From the NCBI GenBank assembly GCA_041740315.1, contig JBGSMF010000337.1:5961-69960 (forward strand): DNA of 64,000 bases, given 5' to 3'. Shown one piece after another: positions 1 through 9,139 of this stretch. The stretch's first letter is position 1. The number at the start of each line of letters is the position of its first letter. Origin of the DNA: Thermoflexales bacterium (GTDB lineage: Bacteria > Chloroflexota > Anaerolineae > Fen-1058). The translations under genes were made by a program, and so were the position numbers. The notes beneath the pieces were generated by a model. It was given only the letters and a program-made list of their open reading frames with translations, ran no database searches and was not told where the DNA came from.

Positions 1-1229
1 CCTAGTGTAGGCAAGGGATGCCACCAGTGATGTGCGCCGCCATCGGCGAATTGGTGGCGGGCGTGCAGGCGTATTTGCGCCAACGTCCGCTCGGGTTGCC
101 CTAATAGCAAATAGATGAGACTATCCTGCAGTTGATCGCGAAAGCCAAGTGCGCCCCCCGTCTGATAGTTGGCCGTGCGCCCCCACAGGCGGCATGCAAT
201 CGTCTGATACGCCAGCCAGTGATTAGTCATCAGATTCATGGCTGGATCGGGAGTCATTACTTGCAAACGTTGTGTTTGTTCCAGCCAGCCTGCCTGTGTT
301 TGTGCCAGTGACTGCTCGGCTGCCTCGCGTTGAGTGAAGCGCTGGGATAGCACGAGCGCTTGGTCACGGTCGTCCGCCGCTCCCAGGACAAAATGGACCG
401 TCTCGGTGGCTCCCGGCTCGAGACACAGAGTTACCCGCAGGCTGGCGATGGCGTCTCCCCAGCGTCCGAGTGTGCCTTGTAAATGGCCCTGGCGTAGGGC
501 GTGGGGACTAGCCGGCGAACCGTACTGGCCTAGAAAGGCCTGCTTGTCGGTTTCGTACGCATCTGGCATCGGTGAAGCGGCGTGAAAAGCGACGTAAGGC
601 CAGTCGGTGTTCCAATGGGCGCGAGTTTGCACAGGTGGTTCCCAGTTGCACTTGGTTGCCAGGACGGCGCCTGCGCCATGGTCGTAGGCAGTGTGGATAA
701 ACGTCTTGTGAAACTCGCGGTGCCAATCGGGGGCGGCGCCCAACAACCATTCGAGATAACTATAGAGGCCAAGGCGGCGCGGCCGTGAATCCAGGTTGTG
801 AAGCGTCACGCTCCACACTTCCACGGGCGCATCCGGGGGAACGACGAGCGTCCACCGCGCCTCTAGTCCAGCCCGGCGGGTGATAAACAGCGTATACCCC
901 TGGCCGTGCCGGCATTCAAAGTAATCGTAATGGGGCTGAGTGGGCATCCAGGCCAATGACCAGAACTCGCCGCTCTCATTGTCGCGCAAGTAGAGATAGC
1001 GCCCACAATCGTCGCGCACCAGATCCTGGTTCCAGCGGGTTAGGCGGCTTAGGTTTGCATGCGAGCGCCAAGAGTAACCGCCGCCGGCCTGCGATATCAC
1101 AAAACCATAGTCACCGTTGGAAACGACATTCACCCAAGGCTTGGGTGTGTCGGGGCGGGTAATCACGTACTCGCGCCCATCATCGGCAAAGTGCCCATAC
1201 GTTGTATCGAACATAGTATTTGAGTTCAT
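1..1229 (-). CDS. GH94-family glycoside phosphorylase (cellobiose/cellodextrin/beta-1,2-oligoglucan phosphorylase family), N-terminal ~409 codons; continues beyond window edge
   Basis: Absent from ORF track (no stop in window). Own translation of minus strand from ATG 1227-1229 (alt ATG 1212-1214): MNSNTMFDTTYGHFADDGREYVITRPDTPKPWVNVVSNGDYGFVISQAGGGYSWRSHANLSRLTRWNQD...GFRDQLQD...HQFADGGAHHWWHP, open to position 1. These motifs are typical of GH94. Confidence 0.7.
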   Translation of the reverse strand, partial: MNSNTMFDTTYGHFADDGREYVITRPDTPKPWVNVVSNGDYGFVISQAGGGYSWRSHANLSRLTRWNQDLVRDDCGRYLYLRDNESGEFWSLAWMPTQPHYDYFECRHGQGYTLFITRRAGLEARWTLVVPPDAPVEVWSVTLHNLDSRPRRLGLYSYLEWLLGAAPDWHREFHKTFIHTAYDHGAGAVLATKCNWEPPVQTRAHWNTDWPYVAFHAASPMPDAYETDKQAFLGQYGSPASPHALRQGHLQGTLGRWGDAIASLRVTLCLEPGATETVHFVLGAADDRDQALVLSQRFTQREAAEQSLAQTQAGWLEQTQRLQVMTPDPAMNLMTNHWLAYQTIACRLWGRTANYQTGGALGFRDQLQDSLIYLLLGQPERTLAQIRLHARHQFADGGAHHWWHPLPTL

Positions 1230-1278
1230 AGAAAATACCTGGTCGAGAACGGTTCAATGCTCTTTCTTAAAGTTAACA

Positions 1279-1318
1279 CTGGCTCCTGCCAGGGCTTTTT
1301 CGCCCTGGCAGGAGCCAG
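1279..1318 (-). promoter_or_regulatory. Intercistronic 17-bp perfect stem-loop between the secreted glycanase gene and the GH94 gene
   Basis: CTGGCTCCTGCCAGGGC tttttc GCCCTGGCAGGAGCCAG. No clean U-run on the minus strand, so attenuator/mRNA-stabiliser rather than a clear terminator. Confidence 0.4.
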
Positions 1319-1330
1319 CTTGTCATTATC

Positions 1331-3319
1331 CTAAGAGTTGCGTAGCAACACCGGCAGATAAATCCTCAGAGGACTGACCAGGGTTGTGTCAGTTGAGGTC
1401 ATTTGCACGGTGGGGCTGCTTGTCGAAGTTGCCGTGATCGTCAACGTGTCGGTCACATTGTCGAGCAAGCTCGGGATAGTGAGGGTGACAATGACCATCT
1501 GGAAGTGGTCGAGCGGCAACGTGGTTGTGACATTGCTCAACTGAACCGGCCAACCGTGGGCCGAGGCTGCCTCTATCTCATAAGTATCGTCAGCGCGGCC
1601 AACATTGCGGAGCACGTGCGTGTACACCACTTGCGAGTTTGGTCGGGCGCTCGCAGTGCGTCCGGGCGCCAGTTTGAGCGCATAGTCAGGGTTCAGGCCA
1701 GCAGTGAACTTTTCGCGGGCCATCAAGGGACGCATGGCAGCCTCAATCTCTTGGGCGAAATAGTTGCGGAACTGGTTAGGAGGCAACAAATAGTTCGCCA
1801 GAGCGGCCATAATCATTCCCTGATCCAGGGTGTAAAAGTGCTCGGACAGGACATGTCCACCGACGCCATCGTTGACCTGGACAGCATCGTAAAAGCCATA
1901 GTCGTCGTTATAGGCGCCAAGGTTAGTCGCTAACTTGGCCAAATTGCTAAAGACCTCGGTTGCGGCGAACTCGAGCGCCAAGAAGGAGGCATGGGGTGTG
2001 ACGACGCCGCTGATGTAATCGGTGGGAGCAGGCAGCGGCTTGGGGTCGCGTCCCAGACAGCCGGCAAAGCCATAGTCCACCGTGGTCTGGGCCACGTTGG
2101 AGGTGTAGCCAACATCCCACATGCCGAGGGCATCTACGCCATATTCACGATAGCCGCTCGGCGGCTGGCTGGCAGGCGAAAAGCCCCAGTAACCGTATTG
2201 CGCATCTTCCAGACCGTGCTCGATTTGAGCCTGGACGTACAGCGGGTGATTGAGGCCCCAGCTATCGGGCCCCCAGTCTGCTTCCGGCACCAGCAAGTTG
2301 GGCATCAATGCCTCAAACATGCTCCCCCCCCACGAGGGAACAAGGCGCATCCCGCGGTAGATATAGTGTCCTTCATAACGTGTCATGCTGATGACGGTAG
2401 GTGTGATGATCGGCCCGGGCGTAAAGTGCGTGGCGGTATAGGTCACGTTTGTCCCATAGGGCCGCATTTCGTGCCAACTCCAGTCGCACGTGTCAGGAAA
2501 CATGCGCCAATACCTGTAAAAATGCGAGGGCGGCACCTGGCCCTTGGCAATGCCAATGTAACCGGCAATGCGCGGCTCAGAATTGAAAATGTCATAGTGA
2601 TGTCCGGTGTAACCCGTGGGGCAACTTGGCGGTTGTGCGTCAGGCGGCCAGTAGCCGCCGTACATCAGGCCTACGTTAGCATCATAAAAAAGACCAAAGT
2701 CCATCGAGTTGACCAGTGTCTGCGCCGCGCTCACAATGTCGGTCTCGGTCAAGGCGTTTGTCACCATCATGAGTGAGGCCGCCAGCCAACTGTTGTCCAC
2801 TGTGGATAGAAACGGGCAAACAGTGTTCCCATTCTCCGGCCAGATCGTCAGCAGGTCTCCCGTCTCGGGATCGTACCAGTTGTAGAACTGACCGCTTTCT
2901 ACGTGACGGGTCAGCACCTGGAGGACGCTGAGTGTGGCGGAAATGCGCAGGTTAGCGCTGATAGGCGTGATGATTCCCAGGTCGCGCGCGGCAATCGTGC
3001 TCCAGATATAGCTGCCGATGTTGGTGGGCGAAGTATATTTCGCCAAGAGTCCGTCAGTGCTAGTCATGTGGTCAGTTGGCAATAACCGGCCGGGCGGCAT
3101 CATCGCCACAAAGGAATTCCACGTGTCACGCGCGTATTCCATTGCCGTGGTAAAGTGGTCCGAAGCGCGCAGCAGCGATTGAGGCGTGGCGGTGTCTGCA
3201 TCTGGAAAAGCAAGGCGTTGGTCGGCTGCCTGCGCTTGGGCCATAGGGAAGATGACCAAGCCTGCCAACAGCAGACCAAGCAGCAGCGCGCAAGTGAGTA
3301 ACCAGATACGATTGAACAT
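1331..3319 (-). CDS. Secreted glucoamylase-like (alpha/alpha)6 glycoside hydrolase (DUF3131 / putative endo-beta-1,2-glucanase-like) with C-terminal beta-sandwich domain
   Basis: 662-aa ORF; N-terminal signal peptide (MFNRIWLLTCALLLGLLLAGLVIFPMAQA). Motifs TSPTNIGSYIWSTIAARDLG, GQFYNWYDPETG and FLSTVDNSWLA are shared with the putative-glucoamylase/cyclic-glucan-synthase glycan-binding domain family. Confidence 0.6.
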   Translation of the reverse strand: MFNRIWLLTCALLLGLLLAGLVIFPMAQAQAADQRLAFPDADTATPQSLLRASDHFTTAMEYARDTWNSFVAMMPPGRLLPTDHMTSTDGLLAKYTSPTNIGSYIWSTIAARDLGIITPISANLRISATLSVLQVLTRHVESGQFYNWYDPETGDLLTIWPENGNTVCPFLSTVDNSWLAASLMMVTNALTETDIVSAAQTLVNSMDFGLFYDANVGLMYGGYWPPDAQPPSCPTGYTGHHYDIFNSEPRIAGYIGIAKGQVPPSHFYRYWRMFPDTCDWSWHEMRPYGTNVTYTATHFTPGPIITPTVISMTRYEGHYIYRGMRLVPSWGGSMFEALMPNLLVPEADWGPDSWGLNHPLYVQAQIEHGLEDAQYGYWGFSPASQPPSGYREYGVDALGMWDVGYTSNVAQTTVDYGFAGCLGRDPKPLPAPTDYISGVVTPHASFLALEFAATEVFSNLAKLATNLGAYNDDYGFYDAVQVNDGVGGHVLSEHFYTLDQGMIMAALANYLLPPNQFRNYFAQEIEAAMRPLMAREKFTAGLNPDYALKLAPGRTASARPNSQVVYTHVLRNVGRADDTYEIEAASAHGWPVQLSNVTTTLPLDHFQMVIVTLTIPSLLDNVTDTLTITATSTSSPTVQMTSTDTTLVSPLRIYLPVLLRNS

Positions 3320-3441
3320 TATTCATCTCCTTTAAAAGGGTAGTTACTAGTTAGGACTAAATTGCTAATGTTACAATGTGGCAGATGGATTAAACGAGCA
3401 TACCATCACCTCCTAAATTCAAGCGAGTTTGCCTTCCTTGT

Positions 3442-3978
3442 TCAGGGTTGAGCTCCCAGCCGGGTCAGGTGGTCGCTCGCTGCGCTGATGAGGTCGGCCC
3501 GGTTAGGGAACAAATCTATGACATCGCGGTAAATCTCGGTGGCCGCGCGGGGGTCGCCGCTTTCTTCGTACAACTCGCCGAGACGCAGATACACGTCGCC
3601 AAAGTAGGGATTGTTCAATCCGGTGTTCTCTTGAACGAACCGCTCGCCGTCGGCGATGGTTAGCCGGTTGGCCACAATCTCCCGAATATGCTCGTCTGCC
3701 CGGCGGGCAAAAGCGGGGCGAGGCCAGGCAAAGGGATCGCGCCACACATTGGCAGCCTGGTAATACCCCCCATATTTGACGCGCTGGCCTGTAACCGGCT
3801 GGATCTCTGTGTACCCTATAAAGGCATTGAGGTATTCGCCGCGCTGGTATGCGGCGTCCGCCGCATTCATGAAACGGTTCGATAGGCGGTAGGCTTCGCT
3901 CCAGGAAAGGACATAACCGACTGCGAACAAGCCCACAATTAGCGCGCCAACGATCAGGATGCGTTTACTTGAAGGCAT
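3442..3978 (-). CDS. Hypothetical single-pass membrane protein, TPR-like helical repeats
   Basis: 178-aa ORF, N-terminal TM helix (ILIVGALIVGLFAVGYVL), helical repeat-like remainder; no recognisable catalytic motif. Confidence 0.45.
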   Translation of the reverse strand: MPSSKRILIVGALIVGLFAVGYVLSWSEAYRLSNRFMNAADAAYQRGEYLNAFIGYTEIQPVTGQRVKYGGYYQAANVWRDPFAWPRPAFARRADEHIREIVANRLTIADGERFVQENTGLNNPYFGDVYLRLGELYEESGDPRAATEIYRDVIDLFPNRADLISAASDHLTRLGAQP

Positions 3979-4018
3979 AAGAGATTCTCCGTTTCGGCCT
4001 ATCTACCTACAGGCCAAG

Positions 4019-4858
4019 TTATTTGAATTTGACGTTGGCGAATGCGGCCATAAACTGGTCTTGCAAGAAAAAGTAAATGACCAGCAGGGGAGTGGTGATT
4101 ACAGCAATGGCAGCCCAGATTTTTTCGGCGTTCTCGCCCGGGATAGAGGTCTGGAACTGGTGCAAGCCTAGCTGGAGTGTCCATAGCTCAGGCTTGTTCA
4201 AATAGAGCAATGGGCCAAAAAAATCGTTCCAGCTCCCCATAAAGGTTAGAATAGCAACGGTTGCCAACGCCGGCCGAACCATGGGCACAATCACTTGCAA
4301 GAAGATAGTCGGCTCGCTGGCTCCATCCATGCGGGCCGCCTCGATCACTTCGTCGGGAATCTGGGACATGAATTGGCGCAGCAGGAAAATATTATAGATG
4401 CTGACGGCGCCGGGAATGATCAAAGACTGAAAGTGCCCCACCCAGCCCAGGCGATACAGGACGACATACGTAGGAATCAAAAACAAGATGCTGGGAATCA
4501 TCATCGTGCCCAGCATAAATGTGAAAATCTGTTGCCGCCCTGGAAAGGGGATTTTGGCCAAAGCATAGGCTACCAATGAGTCAAAGACCAGGTTGAGCAG
4601 CGTCACGCCGACGGCCAGGATGAGCGAGTTGCGAAAGAGCAGCGGGATGTTGAGCTCTGTGAACAAGGCCTGATACCCGGTCAGTACCCAGCGGCTGGGC
4701 AGATTCATGGGTTCGTGGAGGATTTCCGGGCCTGGCTTGAACGAGTTGATGACGATCAGAAAGAAGGGGTAAACCACCACTATCGCCCCAATAATCAAAA
4801 CCACATACATGAGCGCCTGAACCCCAAGAGATCGGCCGACGGGTTTCGATTGTTGCAT
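4019..4858 (-). CDS. Carbohydrate ABC transporter permease (CUT1, MalG-like)
   Basis: 279 aa, multi-TM, EAA-type loop (EAARMDGASEPTIFLQVIVP). Confidence 0.85.
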   Translation of the reverse strand: MQQSKPVGRSLGVQALMYVVLIIGAIVVVYPFFLIVINSFKPGPEILHEPMNLPSRWVLTGYQALFTELNIPLLFRNSLILAVGVTLLNLVFDSLVAYALAKIPFPGRQQIFTFMLGTMMIPSILFLIPTYVVLYRLGWVGHFQSLIIPGAVSIYNIFLLRQFMSQIPDEVIEAARMDGASEPTIFLQVIVPMVRPALATVAILTFMGSWNDFFGPLLYLNKPELWTLQLGLHQFQTSIPGENAEKIWAAIAVITTPLLVIYFFLQDQFMAAFANVKFK

Positions 4859-4873
4859 AATTTTTCTCCTGAT

Positions 4874-5767
4874 TTACTCGACATCCCGCTGGACAAAGCG
4901 GAACTGTAGGACGGTGGCGATTAAAATGATCACGGCCAGGCTTAGCCCTATTGCTGAAGCGTACCCCATGTTTGAGCGGTCGAACGCAGTGGCGTAAATG
5001 TACAGCACCGGCGTCAGCCCCTGGTGATACAATCCACCATACAAGTCAAAGACCATAAACGGCTCGGTGAACATTTGCAGACCATTGATGACATTCATGA
5101 CCAGCAGGAAAAGGATCTGCGGGTTGAGCTGGGGCAGGGTGATAGACCGAAATTGGTGCCAGCCGCTGGCCCCATCCAGGCTGGCAGCTTCGTAGAGTTG
5201 GGGGTCAATAGAATACAACCCCGCCAGCAGGATGACGGTCTGAATGCCAAACCACTTCCAGGTGTTGATCAAAGCCAATATCGGCATGGCCAGCCACTTT
5301 TGAAAAGCCCAAAAGACCGGCTCTGCCATGATCCCCAACTTGACCAAGGACATTTGAACAGGTCCCTGCGGACTGGCAATATAACCGCCGATGGACATGA
5401 CCACCACCACAGAAACAACGGTAGGAATGAAATAGATGGTGCGGAAAAGGCGGGCGCCCCAGCGAACTTCTTTCAGCAACACCGCCGTCCCCAATCCAAT
5501 GGACATTGAGAGGAAAATAAAAATGGCCTGATTGTAAACAATGTTGAACAGGCTGCGCAGAAACATGGGGTCGGTCAAGACCCTGACCCAGTTGCCCAAC
5601 CCCACAAAACTCATGCTTTCAGGTTGAACAAAATTGTAATTCAGAAAAGTCAAATAGAACGAGAGAACGAGGGGATAGATGCCAAACGCCGCGTAGAGAA
5701 TAACCCAGGGCGAGACAAAGATGTATCCCCAGCGGGCGCGGAAGACATGTTTCCAGAATTGGGTCAT
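4874..5767 (-). CDS. Carbohydrate ABC transporter permease (CUT1, MalF-like)
   Basis: 297 aa, multi-TM, EAA loop (EAASLDGASGWHQFRSITLPQL). Confidence 0.85.
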   Translation of the reverse strand: MTQFWKHVFRARWGYIFVSPWVILYAAFGIYPLVLSFYLTFLNYNFVQPESMSFVGLGNWVRVLTDPMFLRSLFNIVYNQAIFIFLSMSIGLGTAVLLKEVRWGARLFRTIYFIPTVVSVVVVMSIGGYIASPQGPVQMSLVKLGIMAEPVFWAFQKWLAMPILALINTWKWFGIQTVILLAGLYSIDPQLYEAASLDGASGWHQFRSITLPQLNPQILFLLVMNVINGLQMFTEPFMVFDLYGGLYHQGLTPVLYIYATAFDRSNMGYASAIGLSLAVIILIATVLQFRFVQRDVE

Positions 5768-5785
5768 TGGAGTGGTCTCCTGGAA

Positions 5786-5821
5786 AAGGCCTGGCAGGCC
5801 GTAGAGACCCTGCCAGGCCTT
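5786..5821 (-). promoter_or_regulatory. 13-bp stem-loop between binding-protein gene and first permease gene
   Basis: AAGGCCTGGCAGG ccgtagagac CCTGCCAGGCCTT. Position is typical of SBP-mRNA stabilising/attenuating hairpins. Confidence 0.45.
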
Positions 5822-5826
5822 TGCAG

Positions 5827-7221
5827 TTATTTGCTCAATACGTCTCGGGCATTCTTGGCGGCCAGTGTCACACCCTCTTCGGGTGTTAACTTTCCTTCCA
5901 CCACCACCTGGGCATAAACTTTTAAGATTTCGTTGGCAGCAGCGTCAAACTTGGCAAACGCCTGTGGGAAGACCGCGTAAGGCAGCATATCCACAAAGGG
6001 TTTGTGCACCGCATCGGTAAAGAAGGGATCGTTCTTCAGAGACAACTTGACAGGCAGGTAGCCCAAATCCTTGCAGAAAGCCAGACTGTTCTCGTCGGTC
6101 ATGAGGAACTTGATAAATTCCCACGCCAACCGCTCGCGCTCTGGAGTGGACTTGAGGATCATGTAGGGGCGACCTCCCAGGGTCGTATAGGGCTGCATCC
6201 CCGCCTCGGGTACCGGCACGGGCGCAACCCCCACATCCTCGCCGATCACCATCGGCTTGCCTTTGGCGTCCTTCAAATTTGGCTGCCACGAGTAGCCATA
6301 TTGCAGCCACATGCCGATAGAGCGGCTGAAAAAGTTTTGCGACATGTCGGGCGGAGCGAATTTCTGGGCTTGTTGAGAAAACGCGAGGTATTCCTTCATC
6401 TTGCACTCGGCTTGATCAAAGGTGACATCGGTGCCAATCCGATTCAATAGGGCGCAGGCATTCTTGTTGTTGCTCAGGTAAATTGGCTGAAGCATGTTCC
6501 AATACCACCCGCCCCAGGTCAGCGCCTCGTTCCAAAACACTGTGCCGTACACCTTGGCGCCACCCTCGCGGGCGGGCAGGGCCGAAATTTTCTCGGCAGC
6601 GGCCAGAAATTCCGCCTGAGTTTTGGGCGGCTTGTCCGGATCCAGGCCAGCTTCTTTAAAGAGGTCTTTATTGTAGATCATCATGGTGATATCAATGCCG
6701 GCTGGCACATAGTATTTGTGGCCATAGTATTCCTGCACGGTGTTCGGGTCTAGTTCGGCAAACAACTCTTTGGAGCCGGGGAGGTTTTCCAATGGCAACA
6801 GAGCATCCATGGCGGCATATTTGGCAGGCATGTAGCCAAAGGAGCCTGTCATAATGTCAGGTTGGTTGCCGGCCGCGATCAGAGCTTCAAAAGCTCCGCC
6901 GGAAGGCTCCTCTTCAACGAGCACCTTGGTGCCTGGGTGGGCATCCATAAACTTTTTGGCTATCGGCCCCATGAATTCCATCATTGCGCCGCGCACCACG
7001 GCAATACGAATCTCGCCGGTGAGTGGTTCAGCCGTGGGTTCGGGCGCCGGTGTGGGGGTCACAACAACCTGAACGGTTTGCTTGACTTCTACTGGTTTGG
7101 TCACCACGACGGTTTCTTTGATGATTTCCGGCGTGGACACCGTCGCTTGCCCGCAGGCACTGAGCAGCAGGCTGATCATGATCAGCCCCACAAATACGTA
7201 ATACGCTCTAGAGCTTTTCAT
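5827..7221 (-). CDS. ABC transporter extracellular solute-binding lipoprotein (family 1, sugar)
   Basis: 464 aa, lipoprotein signal (LLLSACG), Thr/Pro/Val-rich linker, SBP_bac_1-like body. Confidence 0.8.
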   Translation of the reverse strand: MKSSRAYYVFVGLIMISLLLSACGQATVSTPEIIKETVVVTKPVEVKQTVQVVVTPTPAPEPTAEPLTGEIRIAVVRGAMMEFMGPIAKKFMDAHPGTKVLVEEEPSGGAFEALIAAGNQPDIMTGSFGYMPAKYAAMDALLPLENLPGSKELFAELDPNTVQEYYGHKYYVPAGIDITMMIYNKDLFKEAGLDPDKPPKTQAEFLAAAEKISALPAREGGAKVYGTVFWNEALTWGGWYWNMLQPIYLSNNKNACALLNRIGTDVTFDQAECKMKEYLAFSQQAQKFAPPDMSQNFFSRSIGMWLQYGYSWQPNLKDAKGKPMVIGEDVGVAPVPVPEAGMQPYTTLGGRPYMILKSTPERERLAWEFIKFLMTDENSLAFCKDLGYLPVKLSLKNDPFFTDAVHKPFVDMLPYAVFPQAFAKFDAAANEILKVYAQVVVEGKLTPEEGVTLAAKNARDVLSK

Positions 7222-7310
7222 TTTTTCCTCCTACACTGATAGAGATTTAAGCTTGGGGAAATGAGTATGCATTGGTTTGTTTTGAACTCAATATCTAACC
7301 TCCTGATATG

Positions 7311-7326
7311 ATGTAAGCCCTTACAT
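7311..7326. promoter_or_regulatory. LacI-type palindromic operator upstream of the ABC operon
   Basis: ATGTAAGCCCTTACAT, near-perfect 16-bp palindrome of the TGNAANCGNTTNCA class, overlapping a weak minus-strand promoter (TTGTAA-17-CATCAT). Confidence 0.55.
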
Positions 7327-7385
7327 TTACTTACAAAATTGTATCCTATTAAAAAGGATTACTGGTAGTTAACCTGAGAATATGT

Positions 7386-8423
7386 TCATGCGCTCTTGTC
7401 AGGCCAGGTGGGGCACCCGCAGGATTGCCGTATCATCAAGCTGGTTGCCAGTCTCTCATGGCGGAAGGGCGCATCCGGATTTTGCAGCCGGTCAAATAGC
7501 AACCTCACAGCTATTTCTCCCAGTAACTGCATTGGCTGGTGCACAGTGGTCAAGGTGGGGTGAACCAGAGCAGCCACTTGGATGTCGTCAAAGCCAATGA
7601 CTGCCAGGTCTTGCGGTATCAAGCGCCCCTTCTGTTGCGCCGCATCTATTGCGCCTACCGCCATTTCATCGTTGGCTGCCAAAATCGCAGTAGGGGGTGA
7701 CGCAGCTTCCAAAAGCTGTATTGCCGCAATTCGGCCCCCTTCATACTGGAATCTGCCAGAAATCGTCAATTCTTTGAGCTGGGCGAGTTTGGCATCTTGA
7801 AGGGCGGTCTGATAGCCTTGCATCCGCTCCATGTTGTCAGGAGAGTTAGCTGGTCCAGAGATAATGGCTATCCGTTGGTGTCCATGTGCGATCAAATGGG
7901 CAGCAGCTTCGTATGCGCCGGCGCGGTTATCTACGACGATAGTGTCACATAGGATAGCATTGCTGGGCCGGCTTAGGAGGACAGATGGAACACCTTGGTT
8001 ATGCAGTGACCAGAGTGTTTCATCGTCAACGCTGCGCGCCATGATGATGAGGCCATCCACCTTGCTGGTCAGCTTACGCAAGAAACGCCCACTGCTTTCT
8101 TTGCCATGGGTGCCATAGATCAGGACGTTGTTGTTATAGCGCCCAGCTTCCTGCTCTACACCCCGAATGACCGTTGAATAAAATGGCCCGGATATATCAG
8201 GGAATACCAGGGCAATCGTATCAGTTTTTTGGCAAGCTAATCGGCGCGCTGATGGATTGGGCTCAAAATGTAATGCTTCAACTGCCAGCATTACCTTCTG
8301 GCGAGTTTCCGGCGCCACGTTGGGGCTGCCAGCCATGGCACGGGACACGGTTGCAATAGAAACTCCAGCGTGTTGAGCGACGGTATAAACTGTTGCCTTC
8401 TTTTTTGACATTGTGTTTCGCAT
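7386..8423 (-). CDS. LacI-family transcriptional repressor
   Basis: 345 aa; N-terminal HTH (ATVYTVAQHAGVSIATVSRAM) plus periplasmic-binding-protein-like sugar-binding domain. Confidence 0.9.
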   Translation of the reverse strand: MRNTMSKKKATVYTVAQHAGVSIATVSRAMAGSPNVAPETRQKVMLAVEALHFEPNPSARRLACQKTDTIALVFPDISGPFYSTVIRGVEQEAGRYNNNVLIYGTHGKESSGRFLRKLTSKVDGLIIMARSVDDETLWSLHNQGVPSVLLSRPSNAILCDTIVVDNRAGAYEAAAHLIAHGHQRIAIISGPANSPDNMERMQGYQTALQDAKLAQLKELTISGRFQYEGGRIAAIQLLEAASPPTAILAANDEMAVGAIDAAQQKGRLIPQDLAVIGFDDIQVAALVHPTLTTVHQPMQLLGEIAVRLLFDRLQNPDAPFRHERLATSLMIRQSCGCPTWPDKSA

Positions 8424-8562
8424 GTGGTCAGCGTTCAGCTATCAGCCGCCAGCTTTCAGCTTTTCTCTGCTGTGCAAGCGTTTTGTCCAGGTAGAGGGGG
8501 CGCTTGGACCCCAGGCCATGATGAGCCGAAAACCAGATCTGATGGCTGAACACTTACCGCTT

Positions 8563-8578
8563 ATGTAAGAGCTTACAT
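8563..8578. promoter_or_regulatory. Second copy of the LacI-type operator (autoregulatory site)
   Basis: ATGTAAGAGCTTACAT, same half-sites as 7311-7326, located immediately downstream of the -10 of the promoter at 8580-8608. Confidence 0.55.
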
Positions 8579-8579
8579 T

Positions 8580-8608
8580 GTTATACACCCAATTCCTGTA
8601 TTTGTCAA
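8580..8608 (-). promoter_or_regulatory. Sigma70-type promoter for the LacI gene
   Basis: Minus strand reads TTGACA-17 nt-TATAAC. Confidence 0.5.
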
Positions 8609-8639
8609 TACTGCGTTTTGACTTGTTACTCAAACTTGA

Positions 8640-9139
8640 AAAGGGTTTCGGATAGGCCCTTGGCTTGTGGAGCGAATATCGCTCGAGCAGTTCAATCGTC
8701 CCGAAGGGCGCACGGTCGTCTGCGCACTGCCACGACCGAACGCGGCGGCCGAAATGTTCTGCACGGCCATTGTGGGGAAAAGCCCAGACCCTTTGAGGAT
8801 CGCTGCCGGGATGTGGACGATGTGAGCAATTATACCCTGTATTCTTCGCTAGAGCCTTGCCCCATGTGCTTGACCCGGCTCATCGCTGCCGGCATAGGCA
8901 CAGTGAAATTTGTTGCTCAAGATCAATCGGGTGCCATGAGCCAATTTCTACTGAACCTCTCTGGCAATTGGCATAGTTTAGCCAAATCCCAAAGCTTTCG
9001 GCAGGCAGAGGCTTCCCCCAGCCTACGGCAACTGGCCTACGACATCTTTGCGCTCACTCTGCCCGACTCGCGCAGCAAGCTTTTTAGGCGAAGAGGTCGG
9101 CCTGTTATTGGGTCGCGCAGCGACCCACCTAGTAATTGA
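8640..9139 (+). pseudogene. Decayed CMP/dCMP-type (cytidine/tRNA-adenosine/guanine) deaminase
   Basis: C-terminal Zn motif YTLYSSLEPCPMCLTRLIAAG is in the frame of ORF 8618-9139. The expected upstream HAE motif region reads ...PRPNAAAEMFCTAIV... in a different frame and stops at TGA about 8809-8811. His is replaced by Ala and one frameshift is needed. Confidence 0.45.
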
